NCBI GenBank assembly: GCA_038874075.1 | Contig: JAVZDD010000001.1 | Coordinates: forward strand, 136,701 to 200,700 | Origin: Candidatus Nanoarchaeia archaeon | Lineage (GTDB): Archaea > Nanobdellota > Nanobdellia > Jingweiarchaeales > Jingweiarchaeaceae | Length of the DNA: 64,000 bases | Direction: 5' to 3' | Shown: piece by piece, positions 39,460 to 48,852 of the stretch | How the letters are laid out: the number at the start of each line of letters is the position of its first letter | Position numbering within the stretch: position 1 is the stretch's first letter | Position numbers and translations under genes: made by a program | The notes under the pieces: generated by a model | Told to the model about the DNA's origin: nothing | Databases searched by the model: none | What the model saw: the letters and a program-made list of their open reading frames with translations, nothing else

Positions 39460-40086
39460 ACTTTCAAATAAATTTACCAATGAAAATTTTGCTCCAGGCC
39501 TCATTTCTTCAACTTTGTTTATTTTGTTTAAGTAAATATTTTTTTGCTGGTACTTAAGAAAATTATAATTTTTTAATCTTGCAAGTGTTTCAATTTCTTT
39601 GATTGGTATATTAAATAAAGGTCTTACAAGATTTCCATTTCTTGGTTTTATTTCATTGATCAAACTTAATTTTTTCTCAGCAAAGGCAATTATTAATTTT
39701 TCACAAGTATCCTCCAAACAATCGTTCAGGACGATTGTTTCTTTTGTCTTCCTTAATTTAAGGTTTTTTATTTCTTTAACCATCACACCATATTTTTTTG
39801 ATATTTCTTTTGCAACTTTGAGTGCTTTTTTTGTTGAAAGTAAGGTAAAACTTGTGTCTTTTCTTGATCCTAATAAATTAAATATGTGGAAGAAACAAAC
39901 AAAACTTGGAGCACTTCCATCAAAAATGAATGAAATTTTTTTATTGTTCAGCATCTTGTAGTGTTTGATATTTCTATTTATTCTCTTTCTCATTATTTTG
40001 ATGAAACAAGCATTACAAAAGTACTTTTTTAGATATGGGAGAAATATTTTTCCGTTTCTTTTTTCACAATTTCCACAAAAAATCAT
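39451..40086 (-). CDS. PP-loop superfamily (TtuA/NcsA-like) protein with N-terminal zinc finger and degenerate PP-loop
   Basis: N-terminal CGNC...CNAC; FIFDGSAPS in place of SGGKDS; NGNLVRPLF (TtuA/TilS RPL motif). Confidence 0.4.
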   Translation of the reverse strand: MIFCGNCEKRNGKIFLPYLKKYFCNACFIKIMRKRINRNIKHYKMLNNKKISFIFDGSAPSFVCFFHIFNLLGSRKDTSFTLLSTKKALKVAKEISKKYGVMVKEIKNLKLRKTKETIVLNDCLEDTCEKLIIAFAEKKLSLINEIKPRNGNLVRPLFNIPIKEIETLARLKNYNFLKYQQKNIYLNKINKVEEMRPGAKFSLVNLFESLF

Positions 40087-40087
40087 T

Positions 40088-41179
40088 TTATCTTGTAATT
40101 TCTTGTGTCTTTACAAACTCATAAAGCTCTCTTGCTTTTTTATCCTTCTCAAAATGTTCTCTTATTGGTCTTATCAATTCTTCCATTACATCAGAAACTG
40201 CGTTCTTCAAATCTTGGGGATGTAATTTTCCACTTAGAAAATCCTTTTCTAGTTTAGAATAATCAAAGTATTCAACATCTCCTCCAAATTTTGATGATCT
40301 CTTTATCAAAAATGAACTTTTTTTTCTAAATATGATGTATCTCACATATTCAAGGATTGGATTATTTTCAACTGTTTTTGGCGGGCAATAGGCATGCTGT
40401 ATTTTATTTCTAATTTCTTCGCTTGAATCGTGTACATACAAACAACTTTCAGGTATGCTTTTACTCATTTTACAACTTATTTGCTCTGATATTCGCTTAT
40501 CATCGTCGTAGAGAAAAATCTTTGATGGTTTTTTAAGACCCATCAACATATGGTGGTGTACAGCAACTGGCTTCCAAAGACCAAGTGATGGGCCAACTTC
40601 TCTTGCAAGTATGTTCGCGCGTCTTTGATCCATGCCTAACTGACATATGTCTGTTTTAAGTGTAAATATGTCTGCAACCTGCATTGCTGGATAGAACAAT
40701 TGTGATGATTCTTGAATTTCATCAATCTTTCTTCCCATGATCGTGAGACACCTAAGTATTCTTTTGAGTGTTGTTTTCTTTGCTACTTTTATTACTAGTT
40801 TCCAATAATCTGAATTTTTTACGATATCACTTGCCCAAATAACCTCAACTTTGTTTATGTCAATGCCTGCTGCCTTCCAGACTTCAATAAAATATTCACC
40901 TACTTTTCTTATCTTTTCTAAATCCCCACCCATCTTATTATTAATCCATGCATGCCAGTCAGCAAGTAGTAATTTAAATTTACAACCAGCATCCAACATG
41001 TCCTGTAATTTTATTGCCCGCAACAATGCGAAGTGAATTGGTGCTAATCCACTGGGCTCAAAACCATCATACGCAATCGGGTTGTTTTTCGTTTCTAAAA
41101 GCCTTCTAAGTTCTTCTTCAGTAATTATTTCTTCAGTTGGATCTTTTTTGATTAGTTCAATCCTTTCTTCAATGTCCAT
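40088..41179 (-). CDS. tyrS: Tyrosyl-tRNA synthetase (archaeal type)
   Basis: Co-linear with M. jannaschii TyrRS: EEIITEEELRRLL, YDGFEPSG, LLADWHAW, KKTTLKRILR, YPAMQVADI, KMSKS, AYCPPKTVENNPILEYV, KFGGDVEYFDYSKLEKDFLSGKLHPQDLKNAV. Confidence 0.9.
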   Translation of the reverse strand: MDIEERIELIKKDPTEEIITEEELRRLLETKNNPIAYDGFEPSGLAPIHFALLRAIKLQDMLDAGCKFKLLLADWHAWINNKMGGDLEKIRKVGEYFIEVWKAAGIDINKVEVIWASDIVKNSDYWKLVIKVAKKTTLKRILRCLTIMGRKIDEIQESSQLFYPAMQVADIFTLKTDICQLGMDQRRANILAREVGPSLGLWKPVAVHHHMLMGLKKPSKIFLYDDDKRISEQISCKMSKSIPESCLYVHDSSEEIRNKIQHAYCPPKTVENNPILEYVRYIIFRKKSSFLIKRSSKFGGDVEYFDYSKLEKDFLSGKLHPQDLKNAVSDVMEELIRPIREHFEKDKKARELYEFVKTQEITR

Positions 41180-41248
41180 AACTACACCTTTATTTAGGTA
41201 ATAAGTTCAAGAATAAAAATTTATTTACTTCTTTTATATTCTAGAAGT

Positions 41249-42259
41249 ATGATTGAAATAGATGGTTCAATTCTAGAAGGTGGAGGTCAAATAATTAGAA
41301 CTGCAATTGCTTTGTCCTGCATTACAAATAAACAAATACGTGTTTACAATATTAGGGCAAAAAGGGATAAACCTGGTTTGAGAGCACAACATTTACATGC
41401 GATAAAAGCTGCTTCTGAACTATGTAGTGCTGAAGTTGAAGGCTTAAAAATTGGTTCGATGGATATTAGATTTTTACCAGGTAAAATAAAAGGGAGAACA
41501 TTAAATATTGATATTGGCACTGCTGGCTCAATAAGCTTACTCCTCCAGTGTCTGATCCCAATATGTGTATTCGCGGATGACAAAGTAAGATTAAAGATAA
41601 GGGGAGGTACTGAGAACCTAAATGCGCCTTGTATTGATTATGTAAGATTTGTTATTTTACCTATGCTTGAGAAAATGGGTGTAAAGGTGAAAGTGAAATT
41701 ATTACGTAGGGGTTATTATCCGATGGGTGGTGGCTTCGTTGAGGTTTTCACTGAACCAGTGAATGATGGACAGCCACTAAATTTGGTTGACCAAGGAGAA
41801 CTGGTTGAAATTTTAGGAATATCAAATGCAAGTAATTACTTAAAAAAAGCCAATGTAGCTGAAAGACAGGAGAAAGCTGCAAGACAATTTCTGGTAAACA
41901 AATTTTTATGTCCTATTAAGATCAATGCAGAATATTGGAATTCGCTTTGCGCAGGATCAAGTATCACGCTTTGGGCAAAAACGAGCAGTGGTGCAATAAT
42001 TGGTGCTGATGCACTTGGAGAAAGAGGAAAAAGAAGCGAAGAAGTTGGGAAAGAAGTTGCAGAAAAATTGATAAGGGAAATAAAAAGTAACTCACCCGTT
42101 GATGTGCACTTGGCCGATAATTTGATATTATGGATCGCATTGTTTGGTGGTAAAATAAAAGTAAGTGAAATTTCACTGCACACAAAAACGAATATATTTA
42201 TATGTGAGGAAATACTTGGAAAAAAATTCAAGTTGGACGGGAATGTGATAGAATGTTAG
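41249..42259 (+). CDS. rtcA: RNA 3-prime-terminal phosphate cyclase RtcA
   Basis: MIEIDGSILEGGGQIIRTAIALSCITNKQIRVYNIRAKRDKPGLRAQHL, the RtcA N-terminus; 336 aa. Confidence 0.9.
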   Translation: MIEIDGSILEGGGQIIRTAIALSCITNKQIRVYNIRAKRDKPGLRAQHLHAIKAASELCSAEVEGLKIGSMDIRFLPGKIKGRTLNIDIGTAGSISLLLQCLIPICVFADDKVRLKIRGGTENLNAPCIDYVRFVILPMLEKMGVKVKVKLLRRGYYPMGGGFVEVFTEPVNDGQPLNLVDQGELVEILGISNASNYLKKANVAERQEKAARQFLVNKFLCPIKINAEYWNSLCAGSSITLWAKTSSGAIIGADALGERGKRSEEVGKEVAEKLIREIKSNSPVDVHLADNLILWIALFGGKIKVSEISLHTKTNIFICEEILGKKFKLDGNVIEC

Positions 42260-43344
42260 ATTTATTTGAAAAGATAAAAAGAGAACTTGAGGGAAAAGAA
42301 ATCGTTGTGTTTTACCATATAGATACAGATGGAATTTGTAGTGCGAAAATACTGAACGTGGCAATTAAATCACTGGGTGGAAGTGTAAAGAAATTTTTAC
42401 CTTGTTCTCCCGAGAAATTATCAAAAAGATTGAAGATGGAAAAATCTAATATTTTGTTTGTTGTTGATTTACCTTTCGACAAACTTGAAAATGAATCGAA
42501 AACAACGAGTAAAAAAATCGTTATTTTTGATCACCATCCGAGAAGCAATGTCATTGATAATGATAATATTATATTGGTTGAGCCTAGTGATATTGATTTA
42601 GATGAATATTGTCCTGCTTCAAGATTGGTTTATGAATTTTTTTCAAAATTCATAAATATGGAAATAGTTGACTGGATTGCATGTACAGGAACAATCGGAG
42701 ATGGTGGTGCAAAATATTGGAGAGACTTTATCGAAAAAACATTGAAGAAATATAATTATACAACTGGGAAAGATGAGAACTTCAATGACACATTTTTTGG
42801 TAACATTGATAAAATCATTGGATCGGGTAGAATATACAGAGGAGAAACTGGTGCAAGTGAGATACTGGATGTATTATTAAAAAGTGAAACGATTGGTGAA
42901 TTTTTATCAAAATCAAAGAAGTTTATTGAATGGAAGGAAAGAATTGAAAAAAACTTAAAGGAAATGATTTTAAAATTTGATGTAAGAAAAGAGGAGTATA
43001 AGGAAATTGAACTCTGTTTCTTTGAGATTGAAAACCCAAAATATAATATTGGTTCTGCACTTGCAAGTATGCTCAGTTATAAATTTCCAAATTTAACAAT
43101 CGTATTAATTGTTGAGAAAAGGAACTTTGCAACGGTGAATTTGAGAAGGTACGATGGGAAGATTGACTTAAATGTATTGGTAAGGGAAGCGATAAGAAAC
43201 ATCCCAAAAGCAAGTGGTGGAGGTCATAAGCAGGCGAGTGGTGCAACGATGTTAAAAGGTGATGTGAAAAAATTCAAACAGAGAATAATTGAATTATTGA
43301 AAAATTTTTATTTAGAAGAGAGCGCCAATAAGCAAAATCAATGA
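42253..43344 (+). CDS. DHH/DHHA1 phosphoesterase (NrnA-like nanoRNase / pAp phosphatase)
   Basis: VVFYHIDTDGICSA (motif I), IFDHHP (DHH), C-terminal ASGGGHKQASG (DHHA1 GGGH). Confidence 0.75.
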   Translation: MLDLFEKIKRELEGKEIVVFYHIDTDGICSAKILNVAIKSLGGSVKKFLPCSPEKLSKRLKMEKSNILFVVDLPFDKLENESKTTSKKIVIFDHHPRSNVIDNDNIILVEPSDIDLDEYCPASRLVYEFFSKFINMEIVDWIACTGTIGDGGAKYWRDFIEKTLKKYNYTTGKDENFNDTFFGNIDKIIGSGRIYRGETGASEILDVLLKSETIGEFLSKSKKFIEWKERIEKNLKEMILKFDVRKEEYKEIELCFFEIENPKYNIGSALASMLSYKFPNLTIVLIVEKRNFATVNLRRYDGKIDLNVLVREAIRNIPKASGGGHKQASGATMLKGDVKKFKQRIIELLKNFYLEESANKQNQ

Positions 43345-44547
43345 AATGATAAGCGATGCGATTGTTACACTCTTTCTTAGATTTTTATTTTCAGAATATC
43401 TCACCCAAAAAAATTTGTTTAACGTGGCTGATGAGCAGGCAATTAAGATCAACTTGCCAGCCGTTTCTATATCAATTATACCTTTTGCTGCTATTAACGC
43501 AGTACTTGCAACGACAGGACTAGAAGCGATGAATCCAGCGATAAATGAGATTAAATATAAAATATTTAATGATAAATTTTCACTTACGAATCCCATTATC
43601 AATGTCACAAAGAGGAAAAGAAGTGCAAATTTTAATGCAAACATAATTGAAAATGGTGAATGAATATTCACCTTTAACTTTGTTTTTGTTTTGATTGCTT
43701 TATAACAAAGCAATATCGCAATGATGATTGCGATTGAAGCTGGTAGAACAAAATTTCTTAGAATAAATAAAGAGCCATAGACAATCGGTGCGATGATGAT
43801 TCTATTCAAGATCATTGAAGCATTTGCCAGTATAATTCCGACAAATGCCTCATTCTCAATTCTAACATCTTTACTTTTTTCAGCGATTTTTTGTACCGTG
43901 GCTTCACTATTTATGAATCCGCCAAATATACCTGTAAGTATCAATTTGTTTTCTCCGTAACTCTTAAGTATGATGTATGTAACAAATTCTAGGAAGCTTA
44001 TTAAGACAACGACAAGCCAAAACTGTTTTGGATTTATAAAACTTATTGTTGTGTCTGGAAGAAAAGGAAATATCACAAAAGCAACAATTGCAAATTTAAT
44101 TGCATTTAAGATTTCTTCTCTTGTTAAGCCACGTACAAAACCATGTAGCTCTTCTTTAATTGCTAGAAAAGCAGTCATAATAATTGCGCTCGTCACTGCG
44201 ATTCCATATTCACCGATTCCAGCTAAGAAACCGACAATAAAAACAATTGGCATTGCCACATATGTTGTTGCACCAGTGAATTTATAAACAATCGCTCTTG
44301 TTATAAACGCAACCGTTGAAATCACTAACACTGTGGCGATACCAATTGCCAATGCACTTGTTATACCAATGGTATCAGATATAATTGCAAATAGAAAACC
44401 TAAAAGTGCGAGTAATATTGAAGTTCTTATCCCAAATATCACAATTTTCTTTTCAACTTCTTTTTTATATTCTCTTTCGATCCCGATCAAACATCCAAGC
44501 GCTAATGTCAAAACAAGTTTCTCAGCGATGTTTGCAAGTGCTACCAT
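43312..44547 (-). CDS. MgtC/SapB-family N-terminal domain plus DUF4010-like polytopic membrane protein
   Basis: N-terminal LVLTLALGCLIGIEREYKK (MgtC signature), then about 10 more TM helices; 411 aa. Confidence 0.6.
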   Translation of the reverse strand: MVALANIAEKLVLTLALGCLIGIEREYKKEVEKKIVIFGIRTSILLALLGFLFAIISDTIGITSALAIGIATVLVISTVAFITRAIVYKFTGATTYVAMPIVFIVGFLAGIGEYGIAVTSAIIMTAFLAIKEELHGFVRGLTREEILNAIKFAIVAFVIFPFLPDTTISFINPKQFWLVVVLISFLEFVTYIILKSYGENKLILTGIFGGFINSEATVQKIAEKSKDVRIENEAFVGIILANASMILNRIIIAPIVYGSLFILRNFVLPASIAIIIAILLCYKAIKTKTKLKVNIHSPFSIMFALKFALLFLFVTLIMGFVSENLSLNILYLISFIAGFIASSPVVASTALIAAKGIIDIETAGKLILIACSSATLNKFFWVRYSENKNLRKSVTIASLIISLILLIGALF

Positions 44548-44619
44548 ATTTTATTAAAGAAAATCAAAATTTTTATACTTATGTAACAAAGCTAATAAAT
44601 CTACAATTAATTAAGAAAG

Positions 44620-44871
44620 TTGATGGAATACGATATTGAATTAAAAAAAATTAAAAATGAAATTAAAAAAGCGAAAAGGATTTTGATACAGCTTCCAGAA
44701 GGAATTAGGAATAATGCATGTAAAATTGCTTGTGAAATTGAAAAAGAGAGAAAAATCGTATTTATATGGGCTGGTAGTTGCTTTGGCGCATGTGACATAC
44801 CAAATATACCTAAGAAGTTTGGAATTGACTTATTAATACATTTTGGACATAGTAAATTAAGGGGTGGGAGT
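44620..44871 (+). pseudogene. dph2: Remnant of diphthamide synthase Dph2 (N-terminal about 85 codons only), reading in-frame into the rnhB start region
   Basis: MMEYDIELKKIKNEIKKAKRILIQLPEGIRNNACKIACEIEKERKIVFIWAGSCFGACDIPNIPKKFGIDLLIHFGHSKL matches the Dph1/Dph2 N-terminal region (hLQFPEGL ... GACD ... LIHFGHS), but a full Dph2 is about 340 aa. The frame runs directly into the RNase HII N-terminus. Confidence 0.5.
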
Positions 44872-45580
44872 TTGGTTCTGAAAAAGAAAGAAACGATTTG
44901 CGGCATTGATGAGGCTGGTAGAAAGTTAAACAATGTTTAACTTACCAAAAGGCCCTCTGATCGGAAGTCTGTACATTTGTGGAATTTTAGTAGAAAAAGA
45001 TCGAATTAAAGAGTTAAAAAATATTGGTGTAAAGGATTCAAAAGAACTAAAAAAGAATGAAAGAGAAGAATTGGAATCAAAAATTAAGAAAATTGCAAAG
45101 GATTTTAAGATAGTCAAAATTACGCCAAAAGAAATAGACGAAAGGGCTTCTGTTGGTATGAACTTAAATCATTTAGAAGCAATAAAAATGGCTGAAATTA
45201 TAAATACGTTGAAACCGGACGTGGCAATCATTGATTGTCCATCACATAACACAAATGCGTTCAAGAAATTTTTGGAAAAATATCTTGAGCATAAATGTAA
45301 ACTAAAAGTCGAAAATTATGCAGATGAAAGTTATGTTACTGTTGGAGCTGCTTCAATTCTAGCAAAAGTGGAAAGAGACCGGGAGATTGAAAAAATCAGT
45401 AAAGAGTTAGGGATAGAATTGTACAATGGTTATCCGAATGATGAAAAAGCATTAGAATTGGTAAAAAATCTTGAGAAAATTCCTGGTGCTAGGAAATACA
45501 TAAGAAGCAGTTGGTACACATACAAAAGAATAGAAGAAGAAAAAAATTTAAGGAAACAAAAGAAGATTCTGGATTTCTAA
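44872..45580 (+). CDS. rnhB: Ribonuclease HII with reading frame interrupted after ...ICGIDEAGR by a 28-nt insertion (44923-44950). May be split, intron-containing or a pseudogene.
   Basis: Frame 1 ends ETICGIDEAGR-KLNNV*. Frame 2 restarts MFNLPK-GPLIGSLYICGILVEKDRIKELKNIGVKDSKEL...VTVGAASILAKVERDREIE (RNase HII core). Deleting exactly 44923..44950 yields the canonical GIDEAGRGPLIGSL in frame. Confidence 0.6.
44917..44950 (+). other. 28-nt helix-bulge-helix-loop element inserted in rnhB. It supplies a TAA stop for the upstream part and an ATG for the downstream part.
   Basis: GGUAG-AAA-GUUAAAC-AAU-GUUUAAC-UUACC: 5-bp helix with one G-U, 3-nt bulge, 7-bp helix, 3-nt loop; perfect inverted repeat GTTAAAC aat GTTTAAC at 44925-44941. 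Confidence 0.55.
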
Positions 45581-45643
45581 GCATTGGAAAATTGGTAACG
45601 CCATCAAAATATTTTAAATATTTACTGCTATTCATTAATTGGT

Positions 45644-46855
45644 ATGAAAATAAAATTTGCACATATCGGGGATACACATATTGGTGCAAGTAATTTCAAG
45701 CTAAGGGAGAGGGAAGAGGATTTTGAAAGGGCATTTGAAATAGCTGTAGACAAAATAATAGAAGAAAAAGTAGACTTTGTAATACATAGTGGAGATCTAT
45801 TTGATAGGGGGAGACCTTCACTCAAAACTTTTTTATTTTGTTTGGAACAATTAAAGCGATTAAAAAAAGCGAATATCCCAGTTTTTATCGTTCCAGGGTC
45901 CCATGACATCAGCACTGAAGGCACATCAATCTCGATCTTTGAAAGAGTTGATTTGATCAAGGATGTTTCTTCAAGGGAATTCTTTGAAATGGGTGAGGAA
46001 AAGAGTAATTTCAGTGGAATGATGTTTGAAATCAAAGGGAACAAAGTTTTCATCTGCGGTTTGCCAGGAAGAAGAGCAAGGATTAATGAAATCTATGAAA
46101 AATTTTATGTGGATTTACCAAAGGATGCATACAAGATATTTGTGTTTCACCATATTATTTCTGATATCCCAAATTCTGTGCCATTCAGTGATATCGCAAC
46201 TTCTCAGTTACCTAAGGGTTTTGATTATTATGCTGGTGGTCATTGGCATTCAAGATTTGAAATGAAATATAACAGTCATTTAATTGTCTATCCTGGATCA
46301 CTTGAATATTGCGATGTAAGAGAAATGGAATCAGATGCTGAAAAGGGTTTTTATATCGTGGAAGTTGATAATGGAAAAACAAGCTTAAAATGGATTAAAG
46401 TGAAAGTAAGAAAGATTATGGTGAGGAAATTAAACTGCAACAATTTAAGCGCTCATGAAGCGACTGAAAATTGTTTAAAATTGATAAGAGAAGAGGCAAA
46501 AAACCTAGAAAATGGCGTTCTCATACTAAAACTTGAAGGTAGATTAAAGAGTGGTAGCAGAGGAGAAATAGATAGGACAATAATAGAAAAAGTATCAAAG
46601 GAATTTGGTGTATTGATAACACAGGTTTATGTATCTGACTTACTTGACCCCACTTCAGCAATCTCTATTGACATTAGATCGAAAAGTTTAGAACAAATAG
46701 AACAAGAATATCTCGAAAGGCAGAAATATGATACGAAGATGATAAAAGTTGCAAGGGAACTCATTTCAATCCTTGGGCAAGAACTTGGTGGAGATGAAAT
46801 AGAGAGAGAAGTAAATAAGGCCTGCGAAATAATAGAAAAGGAGATACTTCAATGA
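45644..46855 (+). CDS. mre11: DNA double-strand break repair nuclease Mre11
   Basis: MKIKFAHIGDTHIG, VIHSGDLFDRGRPS, VPGSHD, GGHWHS phosphoesterase motifs; followed with a 4-nt overlap by rad50. Confidence 0.9.
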   Translation: MKIKFAHIGDTHIGASNFKLREREEDFERAFEIAVDKIIEEKVDFVIHSGDLFDRGRPSLKTFLFCLEQLKRLKKANIPVFIVPGSHDISTEGTSISIFERVDLIKDVSSREFFEMGEEKSNFSGMMFEIKGNKVFICGLPGRRARINEIYEKFYVDLPKDAYKIFVFHHIISDIPNSVPFSDIATSQLPKGFDYYAGGHWHSRFEMKYNSHLIVYPGSLEYCDVREMESDAEKGFYIVEVDNGKTSLKWIKVKVRKIMVRKLNCNNLSAHEATENCLKLIREEAKNLENGVLILKLEGRLKSGSRGEIDRTIIEKVSKEFGVLITQVYVSDLLDPTSAISIDIRSKSLEQIEQEYLERQKYDTKMIKVARELISILGQELGGDEIEREVNKACEIIEKEILQ

Positions 46856-48852
46856 TAATCAAAAGATTGAGGATCGAGAATTTAAGATCACATGAGAAGA
46901 GTGAGATCGAATTTAACAAAGGTATAACTGTTTTTACTGGTAGAACTGGTAGTGGAAAATCGTCTATTTTGATGGCAATTGAATATGCTCTTTTTGGAAG
47001 TGAAAGTGGAATCTTAAATTCAATGATAATGAGAAGGAGAAGTAACAGTACATTGATCATTCTGGAATTTGAACATATGGGTAAGAACTATAAGGTGGTG
47101 AGGGGGCTTAGGAGAAGTGGTTCGAGCATACAGGTTGATGTAAATAATTTGAAGATATTAGAAAATGATAGGCCAATAAACATACTTGCTAGAAGTACTG
47201 ACTTAAATGAGAAGATTATACAAATTTTGAATTATCCTAAGGATGTGAAACCTAGAGATTTGTTTGAAATTACTAGTTATACGAGACAAGATGAAATAAG
47301 AAAAATAATTGAGATGAAGCCACAGGAGAGACAGGTTTACATAGATAGGACACTGCAGCTCTCTAAGTATCAGAGAACATGGGAAAATATGAGGGATGTG
47401 ATAAGAAAATTTGAAAATATGGCTGAGTTGAAGGCAGTTAGAATTGAAAATTATGATTCGCTATTGAAAAAAATTGCTGAAAGAGAAGCGGAAAAAGATG
47501 AAAAAGAAAAAGAAATCGAAATAAAAAAATTAGAATATGAGAAAGCCGTTAATGATTATAGATTATGCCATGAGGAACTTATCAAATTAAAAGAAAAAGT
47601 CGAAGAAATCATTGAAAATAAACAAAGATATGATGCATTAAATGGAAAGCTAGTGAGAATAAGAGATGATATTAAAAATAATGAAAGGAATATATTATTA
47701 CTCGGAGACAAAATTAGTAAAATAAATGCTGAAAAAGACAAAATCGAAATAAAAGAAAAATTAGAGGAATTACAACACAAGAGGGGAGAGTTAAGCTCAA
47801 AGAGGGATTTCTTACTGGAAGAAAGAGAGAAAATAAAAAGAGAGGTTTCAAGGATAATGGAAATTGAAGAAGGAGAATGTCCACTCTGTAAACAGAAGGT
47901 TACCAAAGAACACATTAAAAATTTAGAGAAGGAGTACAAGCAGAGGATGGATGAAATTAAAGAAAAATTAGACGAAGTGGATGAAGAAGTAAAATTAATT
48001 TTGAAGAAAATAGAATTGGCAGAGAAGTTACAAGAGTTTGAGAGAGAATTGAACAAGTATAATTCACTTTTAAACGAGAAAAAAGAAGTTGTTAATGAGT
48101 TAATTAAAGAAGAAAATGAAATTAAAAAAGAATTAGAAAAATTGGGTGGAGAAATAAAAGATTATGAACTAGTAAAAAGAGCAATTGATGAGAAGAGCAA
48201 AATCGAGCGCGAAAGCCACATTTTTGTTGTTAGACTTGAAAGCGAAATCAAGCACTTGGAGCAAGAGATTGCTAGTCTCAATGAAGAAATTGCAGAATTA
48301 AAAAAAGAAGTTTTTGAAATTGAGAAGAATAGGAAAGAATATGAAAAATTAAAGAATTTGATTGATGTCTTAGTAAAATTAAGAGAAGACATCAGAAATA
48401 TCAGGGAAATTGTAAGGAATAAGTTTTTAGAAGATTTAAGGCGGGAATTTCAGCAAAAGTTTGAAGAAATAAGAAGATACGATCGAGAATACATCGTTGA
48501 TATAAAAAGCGATTATGAACCTGTAGCCTACACTTCTGAGGGAGAAGAAGTGCCAATTCAAAATTTAAGTGGTGGAGAAAAGACAAGTGTCGCGTTAGCT
48601 TATAGATTGGCACTTTCCAATTTGGCCGCCCAAATTTCTGGTGTGATGCAGAGTGAAATATTAATACTTGATGAACCAACAATTGGCTTCGACCGAGAAG
48701 ATATCAGGGCACTTCCGGAGGCCTTAAGGAATATTAAAACAATACCGCAAATTATTATTGTGACGCATGAGGAAGAGCTAAAAAATGCTGCTGATTATAA
48801 ATATGAAGTAAAGAAAGAGGGTGGTGTTTCAAGAATCGTTGAAGTAACCTAA
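46852..48852 (+). CDS. rad50: DNA repair ATPase Rad50 (SMC-like)
   Basis: Walker A FTGRTGSGKSSIL; long coiled coil with CPLC zinc hook (EGECPLCKQ); signature LSGGEKTSVALAYRLAL; Walker B ILILDEP. Confidence 0.9.
   Translation: MIIKRLRIENLRSHEKSEIEFNKGITVFTGRTGSGKSSILMAIEYALFGSESGILNSMIMRRRSNSTLIILEFEHMGKNYKVVRGLRRSGSSIQVDVNNLKILENDRPINILARSTDLNEKIIQILNYPKDVKPRDLFEITSYTRQDEIRKIIEMKPQERQVYIDRTLQLSKYQRTWENMRDVIRKFENMAELKAVRIENYDSLLKKIAEREAEKDEKEKEIEIKKLEYEKAVNDYRLCHEELIKLKEKVEEIIENKQRYDALNGKLVRIRDDIKNNERNILLLGDKISKINAEKDKIEIKEKLEELQHKRGELSSKRDFLLEEREKIKREVSRIMEIEEGECPLCKQKVTKEHIKNLEKEYKQRMDEIKEKLDEVDEEVKLILKKIELAEKLQEFERELNKYNSLLNEKKEVVNELIKEENEIKKELEKLGGEIKDYELVKRAIDEKSKIERESHIFVVRLESEIKHLEQEIASLNEEIAELKKEVFEIEKNRKEYEKLKNLIDVLVKLREDIRNIREIVRNKFLEDLRREFQQKFEEIRRYDREYIVDIKSDYEPVAYTSEGEEVPIQNLSGGEKTSVALAYRLALSNLAAQISGVMQSEILILDEPTIGFDREDIRALPEALRNIKTIPQIIIVTHEEELKNAADYKYEVKKEGGVSRIVEVT

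Noticed and set aside
44925-44941. GTTAAACAATGTTTAAC as a restriction-site/cloning-linker artefact
   Set aside because: It is close to, but not, a PmeI site (GTTTAAAC). The flanking 11 nt extend the helix and bulge in the same way as the tRNA-Leu element, arguing for a biological structured element. Assembly error still cannot be excluded without reads.
47500-48400. Highly repetitive GAA/AAG/AAA-rich DNA that could mimic a repeat array
   Set aside because: It is the Lys/Glu-rich coiled-coil coding region of rad50. The periodicity is codon-level with no spacer/repeat structure.
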